Assembly (NCBI GenBank): GCA_016699935.1
Contig: CP064992.1
Coordinates: 480,001-512,000 of the forward strand
DNA length: 32,000 nt
Reading direction: 5' to 3'
Source of the DNA: Candidatus Saccharimonadota bacterium
Lineage (GTDB): Bacteria; Patescibacteriota; Saccharimonadia; Saccharimonadales; UBA4665
This document shows, piece after piece, positions 19,171 through 27,823 of this stretch. A program made the position numbers and the translations under genes. How positions within the stretch are numbered: position 1 is the stretch's first letter; each line of letters starts with the position of its first letter. Below the pieces are notes generated by a model, which worked only from the letters and a program-made list of their open reading frames with translations, ran no database searches and was not told the origin of the DNA.

Positions 19171-21990
19171 TCAGGCTCTTTGCAGGTGTTTACGGACCTT
19201 TTCGTGGCCGTGGCGGGTGAATAGGGTGGCACGGGAGTGCTTGCGGGCGTGGCGGTGAAGCTCGCGTACGAAGATGAATATGGCAACTGCGACGAGAGCC
19301 CATAGCCAGTCCAAGATACCAAGCGGCGCGCTGCCGAAGTAGTGGTTGACAGGGCTATAAATGATGAGGCAGACAAGCGTGAGCGAAAGTGCATAGGCAC
19401 CCCACAGGGTGCGGTTATGGAATTGATAGCGCGTAAACAAACCGTGTTCGCTGCGGCGCTGCAAGATGTTTGCGAGCTGTACGAGCACGATGGTCAGGTA
19501 TGTCATGCTTGTCGCCTGCATATGGATGAGACTGCCTGGTTCGATGTGTGAGGCAGATAACCCCTGCCGCCAGTAAAAGAACAGGTAGTTTGCAAATGCC
19601 AATCCACCCATCAGCACGCCAGCCCATATGAAGTCGGTGATACTAAGACGGTTGAGAATATGGTGATTGAGCTTGCGAGGAGCTTCTTTCATGAGTTTTC
19701 CTTCGGCCTTGTCTCGGCCGAGTGCGGCGAGCGGGAATATTTCGGCTATCAGGTCTATAGCTAGGATTTGCATGACCGTTATGGCAAGCGGTACGTGAAA
19801 TGCAGCGGCAGCTGCCAGGCTAGCTAGGTTGGCAGCCAGCTCGGCGTAATTACTCGTGAAGCAGCTAAGAGTACCTTTTTGAATGTTGCGGAAGATGGTA
19901 CGACCTTGTTGCACGGCGCCGACAAGTGTATGAAAGCTGTCGTCGAGCAGGATTATATCGGCTGACTGTTTGGCAACATCAGTACCGGTGACACCCATGG
20001 CGACGCCTATATCGGCTCGCTTTAACGCTGGAGCATCGTTGATGCCATCGCCAGTGACAGCTACGACCATGCCGCTCTTCTGAGTTAACTCGACGATGCG
20101 GAGTTTGTCTTCAGGCGCGACACGGGAAAAGATGGTGCCACCACGCCGAACATATGCCAAAATTTGCTCATCACTGAGGTCCAAGAGGTCTTCGCCGGCG
20201 ACGACGGTCAGATGTTCTGGCTTGTCGGCTAGTTTGGCGCGCACGGCAATGGCACGGGCGGTTGTTGCGAAATCGCCCGTGACGATAGAAATAGCCATGT
20301 GTGCCTCGCGGGCTGCAATCATGGCGGCGGGAACTTCCTCGCGTAGGGGATCAATCATGCTAACCATGCCTAGGAAGACAAGCTCCGACTCGGCATCTTC
20401 GAGAGGATGTTTATGGGCATCAAAGCCTCCCGGTAGTTCGCGGTAGGCGAGTGCCAAGTTACGCTGCGCGGCTGCAGCGTGGTCTTCGTGGTAGGCGAGG
20501 AGGCGTTTTTTGTCGTTGCTCGTCATTTTGCGCGTGAAGGTGTGATCCCATAGTTTTGTCGAAAGCTCGATTATGCTTTCTGGTGCGCCCTTCACGAACA
20601 AGTACTGTTTCCCGTTGTATTTCCGGACGCTACTCATACGTTTGCGGGCAGAGTCAAAGGCGTACTCTTTCGTTTCTGGGTAGGTGGTGTTGAGCGTGGT
20701 TGGCTCTAGGCCGGCCTTGCGGGTGAGGGTAATGAGGGCGCCCTCTGTCGGATCGCCTATAACGTGCCAGGTTGCGTGTTCGTCGTCAGGTGGGTTGACC
20801 TGGGCATTGCTGGCCAGCGCAGCCGTTTCAAAAAACAGCCGGAGCTCAGCGAGTTTTTTACCTGGGATGGGTTCGCCATCTCTGTTTGCTACAGCCCCAT
20901 TTGCCTCGTAGCCAGTGCCGGTTATGGTGTATTCGGCTTTGCCTATAAGGATTTGTTCCACGGTCATTTCGTTTTTGGTGAGGGTGCCGGTTTTGTCGGT
21001 GAGGATGACATTGGTGGCGCCCAGCGTCTCGACAGCACTCAGTTTTTTCACGAGTGCGCGGGCGCGGGCGAGTTTGCCAGCGGCACCAGCTAGGGCGGTG
21101 TTGATTTCGGCAGGCAGCCCCTGGGGAATCATGGAGCTGGCTATACCTATGGCAAATAGGATGGCATTTTTTAGGCCAAGGTCGGCCGCAATGGCGATAG
21201 GGAGGAGGATAGTACACAGAATCACGGTGCCCCAGGTGACTTTGGTGGCGATGTTATTCATCTCCATTTGAAGCGGACTGAGAGATTTTTGGTTTCTTGG
21301 CTGAGACTGGCGATGCGCCCAAGTTCGGTGTGCATGCCGGTTGCGACGACCACGCCATAGCCTTCGCCAGTCGCGACCGTGGTGCCCATGTAGACCAGGT
21401 TTTTGGCGAGCGGAGAGCGGCACAGTGCCGGCTATAGCATGCTTAAACTTGCGGGTGGGGTTGCTTTCGCCGGTAAGGGCAAAGTCGTTCGTACTTAGTT
21501 CGTCCTCCCGCAGTACACGCAGGTCAGCGGGCACACTATCGCCAGCTTCTATGCGGACGACATCGCCGACAACCAATTCGTATGAAGGAATTTCTATTTC
21601 TTTACCGACACGCTGGACTTTTGCCTTGGCGACTACTAGTTTTTCGAGTGATTCGATGAGTTTTCAGCTTTAAACTCCTGCAAAAGCCGATGGCGGTATT
21701 GAAAAACACCAGAGCAAGCAGGACGGTGCCGGCGCGGTTGTCACCGAGGTAAAAAGCTAGACCGGCGCTGGCGAGGAGGAGGAGTATCATGAAGTCTCGG
21801 AATTGCCGGGCGTAGCTTATGCCCCACCATTCTTTCTTTTTGACAGCGAGTACATTCGCCCCTAGCTGCTCGTACCGCTCAGCCGCCTCATGTGCGCTGA
21901 GCCCTTGTTCGTTCGACTGAACTTGTTTCAGTACCTCAGCCGGACTCAACCTATAGTAATGTAACTGTTTGTCTTCCCCACCGATTTCAT
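19171..21990 (-). CDS. P-type cation-transporting ATPase (type II-like), at least 5 indels
   Basis: Motifs seen: the N-terminal cation-ATPase domain ([34 protein letters not shown]), [22 protein letters not shown], phosphorylation site [10 protein letters not shown], hinge [22 protein letters not shown], and about 10 TM segments. Frame corrections fall at C4 21976-21979, A4 21682-21685, T4 21661-21664, about 21415 and T5 21287-21291. ATG 21990 lies 7 nt after TATACT (+ 21998-22003). Confidence 0.88.
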
Positions 21991-22032
21991 AGAGATAAGT
22001 ATAAACTTTTTCCCATAAAATCGTAAGGGGTA

Positions 22033-22061
22033 TTGACAAACCGAACACACAGCTGTATAGT
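22033..22061 (+). promoter_or_regulatory. near-consensus sigma70 promoter TTGACA-17-TATAGT
   Basis: TTGACA is at 22033-22038 and TATAGT at 22056-22061, with an exactly 17-nt spacer. It points away from the ATPase gene and toward an unlisted ORF. Confidence 0.6.
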
Positions 22062-22081
22062 ATTTTGTATATAAACCATAA

Positions 22082-22404
22082 ATGGAAAAAGAGCAAAATG
22101 TCACCTAAAAATCGTTTTTGATCTCTCACCGCATGAAGGAGATGACAGAGAACAAGCGTTAACTCCGGCACAACGACGCGAAAGAGTTGTCGAACTTTGG
22201 ACGGCTTCACACCCATCGCTAAAGGCTGAACAATATACTCTCTTCAGCATGTCTCGCCTCAGAGCAGCACAGAGAGGTGTGGGTCCAGAACGCGCAGCTA
22301 TATTTCGTATGATTGATGATGCACGTCAAGCTGTAATTGATAGCTGGACACCACGCACTAGGCCATCGCCAGAGACTGCCGCATCTGCGTATGAACCCCC
22401 GTAG
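22082..22404 (+). CDS. hypothetical protein not present in the ORF track (start uncertain)
   Basis: The frame is open from 22075 to TAG 22402-22404. It reads ..DREQALTPAQRRERVVELWTASHPSLKAEQYTLFSMSRLRAAQRGVGPERAAIFRMIDDARQAVIDSWTPRTRPSPETAASAYEPP*. The only in-frame ATG is at 22250. Both ATG 22082 and ATG 22142 (preceded by GAAGGAG) need a 1-nt correction. The antisense track ORFs 21602-22216 (N-terminal part) and 22219-22455 look like shadows. Confidence 0.35.
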
Positions 22405-22548
22405 AAGTAGTTGGATTCGCAGGAGAGATAGCGGTACCCTCAACAGGTTGTACATACACTTTCACCAGAACAGCCAAGAGTCGGTCAATCCACCACAGCT
22501 CTTCGGTAGTATTTATACGACATCGAATTTTACGCTATACTATCAGAT

Positions 22549-25281
22549 ATGGCGGAGGTTGAGCGGAAGCGGTTGGCGGTGATTGATGGGAAGTCGGTGT
22601 TTTACCGCGGGTACTACGCCATGCCAAATCTAAGCACCAAAGACGGTACGCCGACGGGTGGTGTTTTTGGGTTTGCGACTATGGCACTTGAAGTTATTCG
22701 GCGGCTCAAACCCGATTATGTCGCAGTAGCGTGGGATAAACCAAAACCAACATTCGCTCCCGTCTTGCGATCTACCCCGAATACAAAGCTGGCCGCAAAC
22801 CAGCGCCACCCGATTTTTATGAACAAATTCCAGTCTTGCACGAACTGCTCGACGCGTTTGGCTGGCCGCTGTACGAGCTAGATGACTACGAGGCTGATGA
22901 TATCATGGCAACGCTGGCGCACGAGGCGAGCAAAGAGGGCATAGAGACGCTGCTTATTACTAGCGATATGGATGCGCTCCAGTGTGTCGGGCCGCTCACC
23001 AAAATGTTCCGGCTGCGGAAGGGTCTGAGTGACATAGAATTGTATTCACCAGAGAGTTTTACGGCGAAATACGGTATAGGGCCCGAACAGTTCCTCGACC
23101 TCAAGGCGCTGAAGGGGATAGCTCAGATAACATCCCAGGCGTGCCAGGCATAGGTGAGAAAACTGCTACCCAGCTACTCCAGGATTACAAAACACTCGAT
23201 GGCGTCTACGAGAATCTCTGGCAGGTCAAAGATAGTGTTCGCAAAAAGCTTGAGACCGGCAAAGAGAGTGCCTACATGAGTAAAAAAACTAGGTGCACTT
23301 TGGTTGGATGCACCAGTGCCACTGGATCTCGAGCGGATGGACGGGCACCGAGGAGCAAACCCAGCCAGAATTATTGAACTCATGGAACGGCTAGAATTTC
23401 GGTCGCTTGCCAGGCAAATTCCTGACGTTCTGCATGTGGATTTACAGAATCATGAATCGGGAATCAAGAATCATGGGATGAAAGTTGGTGAAAATCGAAT
23501 TATTGATAATGAGGTGAAACTTGCCGAAGTAAAATTGCCATCCCAGGCGGAGTTAATTGTGTATGGCCGCTCGGCTGGCGTAGCTGGCCGCGACCCGCGC
23601 GTGCTTATCGTCTCAGCAGATGGCAAACTGACGTACGCCTTTGACCTGACGAAAGTAACACTTAACTCTTATCTCTTATCTCTTATCTCTGAAGCAAAGC
23701 TTGTCGGCTACGATGTAAAGTCATCGCTAAAAACCTTGCTTGGTATGGGCGCGACCATGCTACCTGAGGTGGCGCACGATGTGCTTGTCGCCGCCTTCAC
23801 ACTTAACAGCCTGTTGCGCGCACAATCGCTAACCGATATTTCGGCTGATGTGCTCGGTTACGATGGCTCATCTTTTGAAAACATGACAGACGAAGAACTG
23901 CTCGGGCGTGGCGCAGAAATAGCAGCCGCTATTCGGGCTATTGCTACCAAACAGCGTGAGGAACTAGCTAAAAATTCCAAATTCCAGTTTCTAAATTCCA
24001 ATGTCGATATGCCCGTAATTCCCGTGCTGGCCCGCATGGAATACACCGGCATCCAGCTAGACTCGGTGTATCTTGCACAGTTCTCAGAACAGATAGAAGA
24101 CAGCATATCTGACCTTGAACAACAAATTTATGGTCATGCCGATGCTGAGTTCAATATTGCCAGTCCGGCGCAGCTTGCGACGATACTTTTTGACAAACTC
24201 GGGTTGCCGACGGCGGGCGTGAAAAAGGGAAAAACAGGGTACAGTACCGCCGCGAGCGAGCTAGACAAGTTGCGTGCCGTGCACCCCATCATCGACTGTA
24301 TTAGCCAATACCGCGAGGTGACGAAGCTCAAAAATACGTATGTCGATACGCTGCCGAAACTGGTTGATGGCCATGGTCGCGTGCATACGACATTCAACCT
24401 GACTATTGCCCAGACTGGTCGGTTGAGTAGCACCGACCCAAACTTGCAAAACATCCCCGTGCGAACGGAGCTCGGCAAACACATTCGCGCGGCGTTTGTG
24501 GCTGGAAGGGGACGCAGCTGGTCAGCGCCGACTACAGCCAGTTTGAACTGCGTTTGGCGGCGGCAATGAGCGGCGACCGCGACATGGTGGACATGTTTAA
24601 CCGCGGCGCCGATATCCACCAGACGACGGCTGCTGAAGTCTATGGCCGGAACCCGAGGACGTTACAAAACAGATGAGATCGGCTGCGAAAACCATCAATT
24701 TCGGTGTGCTGTACGGTATGAGTCCGCATGGGCTGGCAGCTGCGACGGGCATGAATTTTACACAGGCAAAGTCGTTTATAGATGAATACTTCAAGGTGCG
24801 GGCGCCACTTCTCGGCTATCTGAATGGCCTTAAGGAACAAGCCAAAAACAACGGATACGTCGAAACGCTTTTGGGTCGACGGCGGCCGATGCCAGATATT
24901 CACTCGAGCAATTTTATGGTGCGCAGCGGGGCAGAGCGCGCCGCCATGAATATGCCCATCCAGGGAACAGAAGCGGACCTGATGAAGCTGGCGATGGTGG
25001 CGGTGGAGCGAAAACTGACAGAAGTATTCTGTCATCCCGAGCGTAGCCGAGGGATCTCGTCGGATTCGTCGGCTAACGAGATCTCTCGACAGGCTCGAGA
25101 TGACAATTCTCGTCCGTGTCAGCTGCTCCAAATCCATGACTCGATTCTGGTAGAATGTGCCGAAGAAGACGCTGAGGCCGTGGCCGACATACTCAAAACC
25201 ACCATGGAAGCAATATACCCAGACCTTCCCGTCAAACTCGCCGTAGACACGTCCATAGGCGACAACTGGGGTGAACTTTGA
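22549..25281 (+). CDS. polA: DNA polymerase I (5'-3' exonuclease + degenerate 3'-5' exo + polymerase domains), 5 frameshifts
   Basis: The 5' nuclease part has [32 protein letters not shown] and [18 protein letters not shown]. The polymerase part has [16 protein letters not shown], motif [16 protein letters not shown], motif [17 protein letters not shown], and a motif C-like [11 protein letters not shown]. The frame switches at A4 22743-22746, G4 23114-23117, A7 23282-23288, G4 24508-24511 and GG 24648-24649. ATG lies 7 nt after TATACT (22536-22541). Confidence 0.92.
25030..25105. mobile_element. 76-bp palindromic MITE/RPE-like element inserted in-frame in polA
   Basis: The terminal inverted repeats are TGTCATCCCGAGC ... 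GCTCGAGATGACA (13 bp, 1 mismatch). The inner arms cgagggatctcg / cgagatctctcg are imperfect. ATTC flanks both sides (25026-25029 and 25106-25109). It encodes [29 protein letters not shown], an extra loop absent from the Pol I sequences I can recall (Taq, Klenow). Confidence 0.6.
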
Positions 25282-25585
25282 TGCACCGAGCAAAACTCGT
25301 TAGGGACAAAATTCCTGAAATAATTGCAAGCAAAGGCATGGTTGCAGATGTTAGAATTCTTAACGAAGAAGAATACATGGCCAGACTTCTCGATAAGCTT
25401 AGTGAAGAATATCGTGAATTCCTTGAAGATATGAACATTGAGGAGCTTGCCGATATGCTAGAAGTTATATACGCTTTGGCGGATGAGATTAGTAGCAAAG
25501 AATCCTTAGAGAAAATCCGACAACTTAAATTTGCAGAACGCGGGGTTTTGAAAAACGACTCTTGCTCTTAGGGAGCAAGGATTGA
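25281..25585 (+). CDS. MazG-like nucleoside triphosphate pyrophosphohydrolase, one frameshift near 3' end
   Basis: [15 protein letters not shown]...EEYREFLED...EELADMLEVIYALADE is the all-alpha NTP-PPase pattern with EExxE and an acidic helix. One G added to the G4 run at 25542-25545 gives the typical end ..AERGGFEKRLLLLGSKD*. The ATG overlaps the polA stop (TGATG). Confidence 0.65.
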
Positions 25586-25615
25586 TAAGCCTGTAATCAC
25601 TCACTGGAGGGTGAA

Positions 25616-26163
25616 ATGATATTTGCGAGGAAAGTCTGGTTTTGGCGGTGGTGGTGATGGCGCCAGCGCTATGGTATGTGTTTCGGCGCGAGCGGTTCGG
25701 AAAGTTTTGGTCTATTAGCCAGCACGCGGCGGCGCACCGTGACACAACTGTTGCACTTGGCGCCGGAATGTTAGCCGCAGCGGCCTTTCTGGCGATCTAT
25801 TTCCAGCAGTATCTGATTCCAAAGTACGACTACGGGTGGCCGATGCGCGTAGCGCTTTGGACGTCAATTGCTTGTTGTGTTTTGCTGGCGCTTGTACCGC
25901 ACTATGATAGCAGATGGCAGGGCAGGGTACACGTGTTCATCTCGTGGGTCATGGTGGTGTTAATGCCTTCGGTGCTGCTACTCCATTCCCTACACACATT
26001 CGGCAACGTTAGTAGTTTGGTGGCAGCTATGGGAATATGTCTTCAACTTTCTCTACTGGGAATATTTTATGGAGTGAAGGGTATGTACGAGAAATTTGCG
26101 CTACTTCAGAGTATTTTTATCATGGTTTACCTCTTGAGTTTGGGAATAATCGGCTATATGTGA
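25616..26163 (+). CDS. hypothetical polytopic membrane protein
   Basis: There are five or more hydrophobic segments. ATG 25616 has the only strong Shine-Dalgarno sequence here (GGAGGGTGAAATG). It joins track ORF 25642-26163 if the T4 run at 25640-25643 gains one T. Confidence 0.55.
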
Positions 26164-26185
26164 GCGTACTGGTAGAATATAGGCA

Positions 26186-27100
26186 ATGAGCAAAGTATGG
26201 CAAAGGTTTGGGGATTATAGAGCGAGGAAGCAGCAAGGTGGGGCGCTGACGCTGTATCAGGATGTGCAGCTATCGCTTCGCAATGAAGTGCCCATCGCCA
26301 GTCGACGATGGCGGGGTGCTCCTGATGTACAGTATCTAAAGCCGCTGATCGAACAAGCAGTAAAAGAGGCGCAGGACACGCAAAATTCCGAAGCACTGAG
26401 TGGTGCGAAGGCATGGCATTGGCTGCGCGCGCTAGTATTACAAGCGCCACAAGCTGCACTTGCTCAGGGTCAGATGGACAGGCATCCGCACGGTTTTTCA
26501 GCGCGGGGCACTAGACTGTATGAGCTCATAGACTTCAATGATGCGTTTGTATCTACTGTGCTGGCGCTAGATGAACCGCTACTTGCACGATTTAGTGACG
26601 AAGCGAAGCGGCTGATGGATTGGTTTTGTAAGCGAGTCGGAGTGCAGGGTTTCAGTAATGAACAGTATCAGGCTATCGTGCAGGGTCTGAGCCGTGAAAT
26701 AGCGGTGTACCGCGGAGTGCAAGTGGAAGGTTTTGTAGCACAGATGACAAGTCGCGCGAGCGACGCGCTCGGTATTGACATGGTCATATCAGATGCTGCA
26801 AGCGGGAAATATGTAAACATAGACTGTAAAGCGCCGAGTGCATATCGTCACCGGGTCTACGACTTACTCCGTGAAGGGCGGCTAAGTGCAGAAGAAGTTA
26901 CTGCCGCCGAAATGCTCGGCTACATTGGTGAGATGAACGGCCATGGCGGTGAACGCACCGAAGTCATCTTGTGGCGGATAGAAAAAGAGCACTACGGTGA
27001 GATTACTGGGTTTGGTTTTGCTGAAACCAGCGAGCTGGGGAAGACAATTCGCGCTATACTAGACACATATGGAACAGCAACGCCCGCTCATAGACGATAA
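26186..27100 (+). CDS. hypothetical protein (304 aa), possible PD-(D/E)xK-like motif
   Basis: Intact ORF. ATG lies 7 nt after TAGAAT (26173-26178). I recognise no family. The segment LSREIAVY..GIDMVISDAASGKYVNIDCK has E...D...(D)xK spacing reminiscent of restriction-endonuclease-like folds. This is weak. Confidence 0.5.
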   Translation: MSKVWQRFGDYRARKQQGGALTLYQDVQLSLRNEVPIASRRWRGAPDVQYLKPLIEQAVKEAQDTQNSEALSGAKAWHWLRALVLQAPQAALAQGQMDRHPHGFSARGTRLYELIDFNDAFVSTVLALDEPLLARFSDEAKRLMDWFCKRVGVQGFSNEQYQAIVQGLSREIAVYRGVQVEGFVAQMTSRASDALGIDMVISDAASGKYVNIDCKAPSAYRHRVYDLLREGRLSAEEVTAAEMLGYIGEMNGHGGERTEVILWRIEKEHYGEITGFGFAETSELGKTIRAILDTYGTATPAHRR

Positions 27101-27341
27101 GCTCGCTCGTGAACTTACGCGCCAGCTGAAGATTATCAACTTTTGGATAAGTTTGTTCGGGAGCATTATTGTCATTACTCTACTCACTCTCGGCTTTCTC
27201 GTGTTCAAGGTCGTAACGTATGTGCAAAGTACCGAACAAAAGGTGAATGAATTGCGGCAAAAAACCGTGAACACACTCAATGTAAAAGATGACCTGTGTA
27301 AAAACAGCGTTCTCAGCGGTAGTGGCTACTGCAAAAAGTAG
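27069..27341 (+). CDS. small single-pass membrane protein (90 aa)
   Basis: Intact ORF that overlaps the upstream gene by 32 nt. It has one TM (FWISLFGSIIVITLLTLGFLVFKVV) followed by a coiled-coil-like stretch. Confidence 0.5.
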   Translation: MEQQRPLIDDKLARELTRQLKIINFWISLFGSIIVITLLTLGFLVFKVVTYVQSTEQKVNELRQKTVNTLNVKDDLCKNSVLSGSGYCKK

Positions 27342-27397
27342 AGCAGGGAAGTTCTCCAGAAGACTCTATCGTAATAAACAGATGTAGACTCCCTCCT

Positions 27398-27420
27398 ATG
27401 CTCAAGGACAGTCGTTGAGC
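27398..27420. repeat. hairpin, copy 2 of the motif at 8655-8691
   Basis: atGCTCAAGGAcagTCGTTGAGC forms a 9-bp stem with 1 mismatch. It shares 22 of 24 positions with copy 1. Both copies lie about 60 nt after a + strand stop codon. Confidence 0.6.
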
Positions 27421-27430
27421 GGGAAAATGA

Positions 27431-27459
27431 TTGACAATGATATATTGACATGGTACCTT
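27431..27459 (+). promoter_or_regulatory. candidate promoter TTGACA-17-TACCTT for padR-pspC
   Basis: TTGACA occurs twice, at 27431-27436 and 27445-27450. The first has a 17-nt spacer to TACCTT. A Shine-Dalgarno-like AAGGAAAGG follows at 27462-27470. Confidence 0.4.
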
Positions 27460-27823
27460 GGTAAGGAAAGGTAGCTTGAAACATGCCGGATGCAGAAAAA
27501 AAGATGATGGTTTCGCCCCATTGCGTAAGGGTCTATTAGAGTTTGCTGTGCTAAGTGTGATTTCTTCACACGAAGTTTACGCGGCAGATATACTCGATAA
27601 GCTAGACGTAACCCCATTTGCAACGAGCGAAGGAACACTTTACCCACTGCTGTCGCTACTAAAAAGGCAAGCATACCTTGCCTATGAATGGGCTGAAAGC
27701 GAAGCTGGCCCACCGCGTAAATATTATAGTCTGACGGCCGCTGGACAGAAGAGACTATCAGAGCTGCACACGTACTGGAATGATTTATACAAAAGCTTGG
27801 AAATGCTAGGAGGAAAACGATGA
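27458..27823 (+). CDS. PadR-family transcriptional regulator
   Basis: LRKGLLEFAVLSVISSHEVYAADILDKL...SEGTLYPLLSLLKRQAYLAYEWAESEAGPPRKYYSLTAAGQKRL is the PadR winged-helix pattern. The track start is TTG 27458. The alternative ATG 27483 (MPDAEKKDDGF..) requires A7 at 27496-27502 to be A8. Confidence 0.8.
   Translation: MVRKGSLKHAGCRKKDDGFAPLRKGLLEFAVLSVISSHEVYAADILDKLDVTPFATSEGTLYPLLSLLKRQAYLAYEWAESEAGPPRKYYSLTAAGQKRLSELHTYWNDLYKSLEMLGGKR

Noticed and set aside
22219-22582. Track ORFs 22219-22455 (-) and 22337-22582 (+)
   Set aside because: Their composition is not protein-like (Cys/Arg/Leu-rich). One runs antisense to a more plausible + frame, and the other runs into the polA promoter and start. 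I treat both as spurious.
23666-23690. CRISPR-like or phase-variation repeat
   Set aside because: There are only 3.5 units of 7 nt with no spacers, inside an essential gene. This is not a CRISPR array, and there is no evidence for phase variation.
19171-25293. Numerous antisense or off-frame track ORFs inside the ATPase and polA genes (e.g. 20096-20446, 20858-21217, 24134-24619, 24640-25293)
   Set aside because: Their translations are Arg/Ser/Cys-rich and low in complexity, with no motifs. The overlapping frames carry unambiguous P-type ATPase and Pol I motifs.
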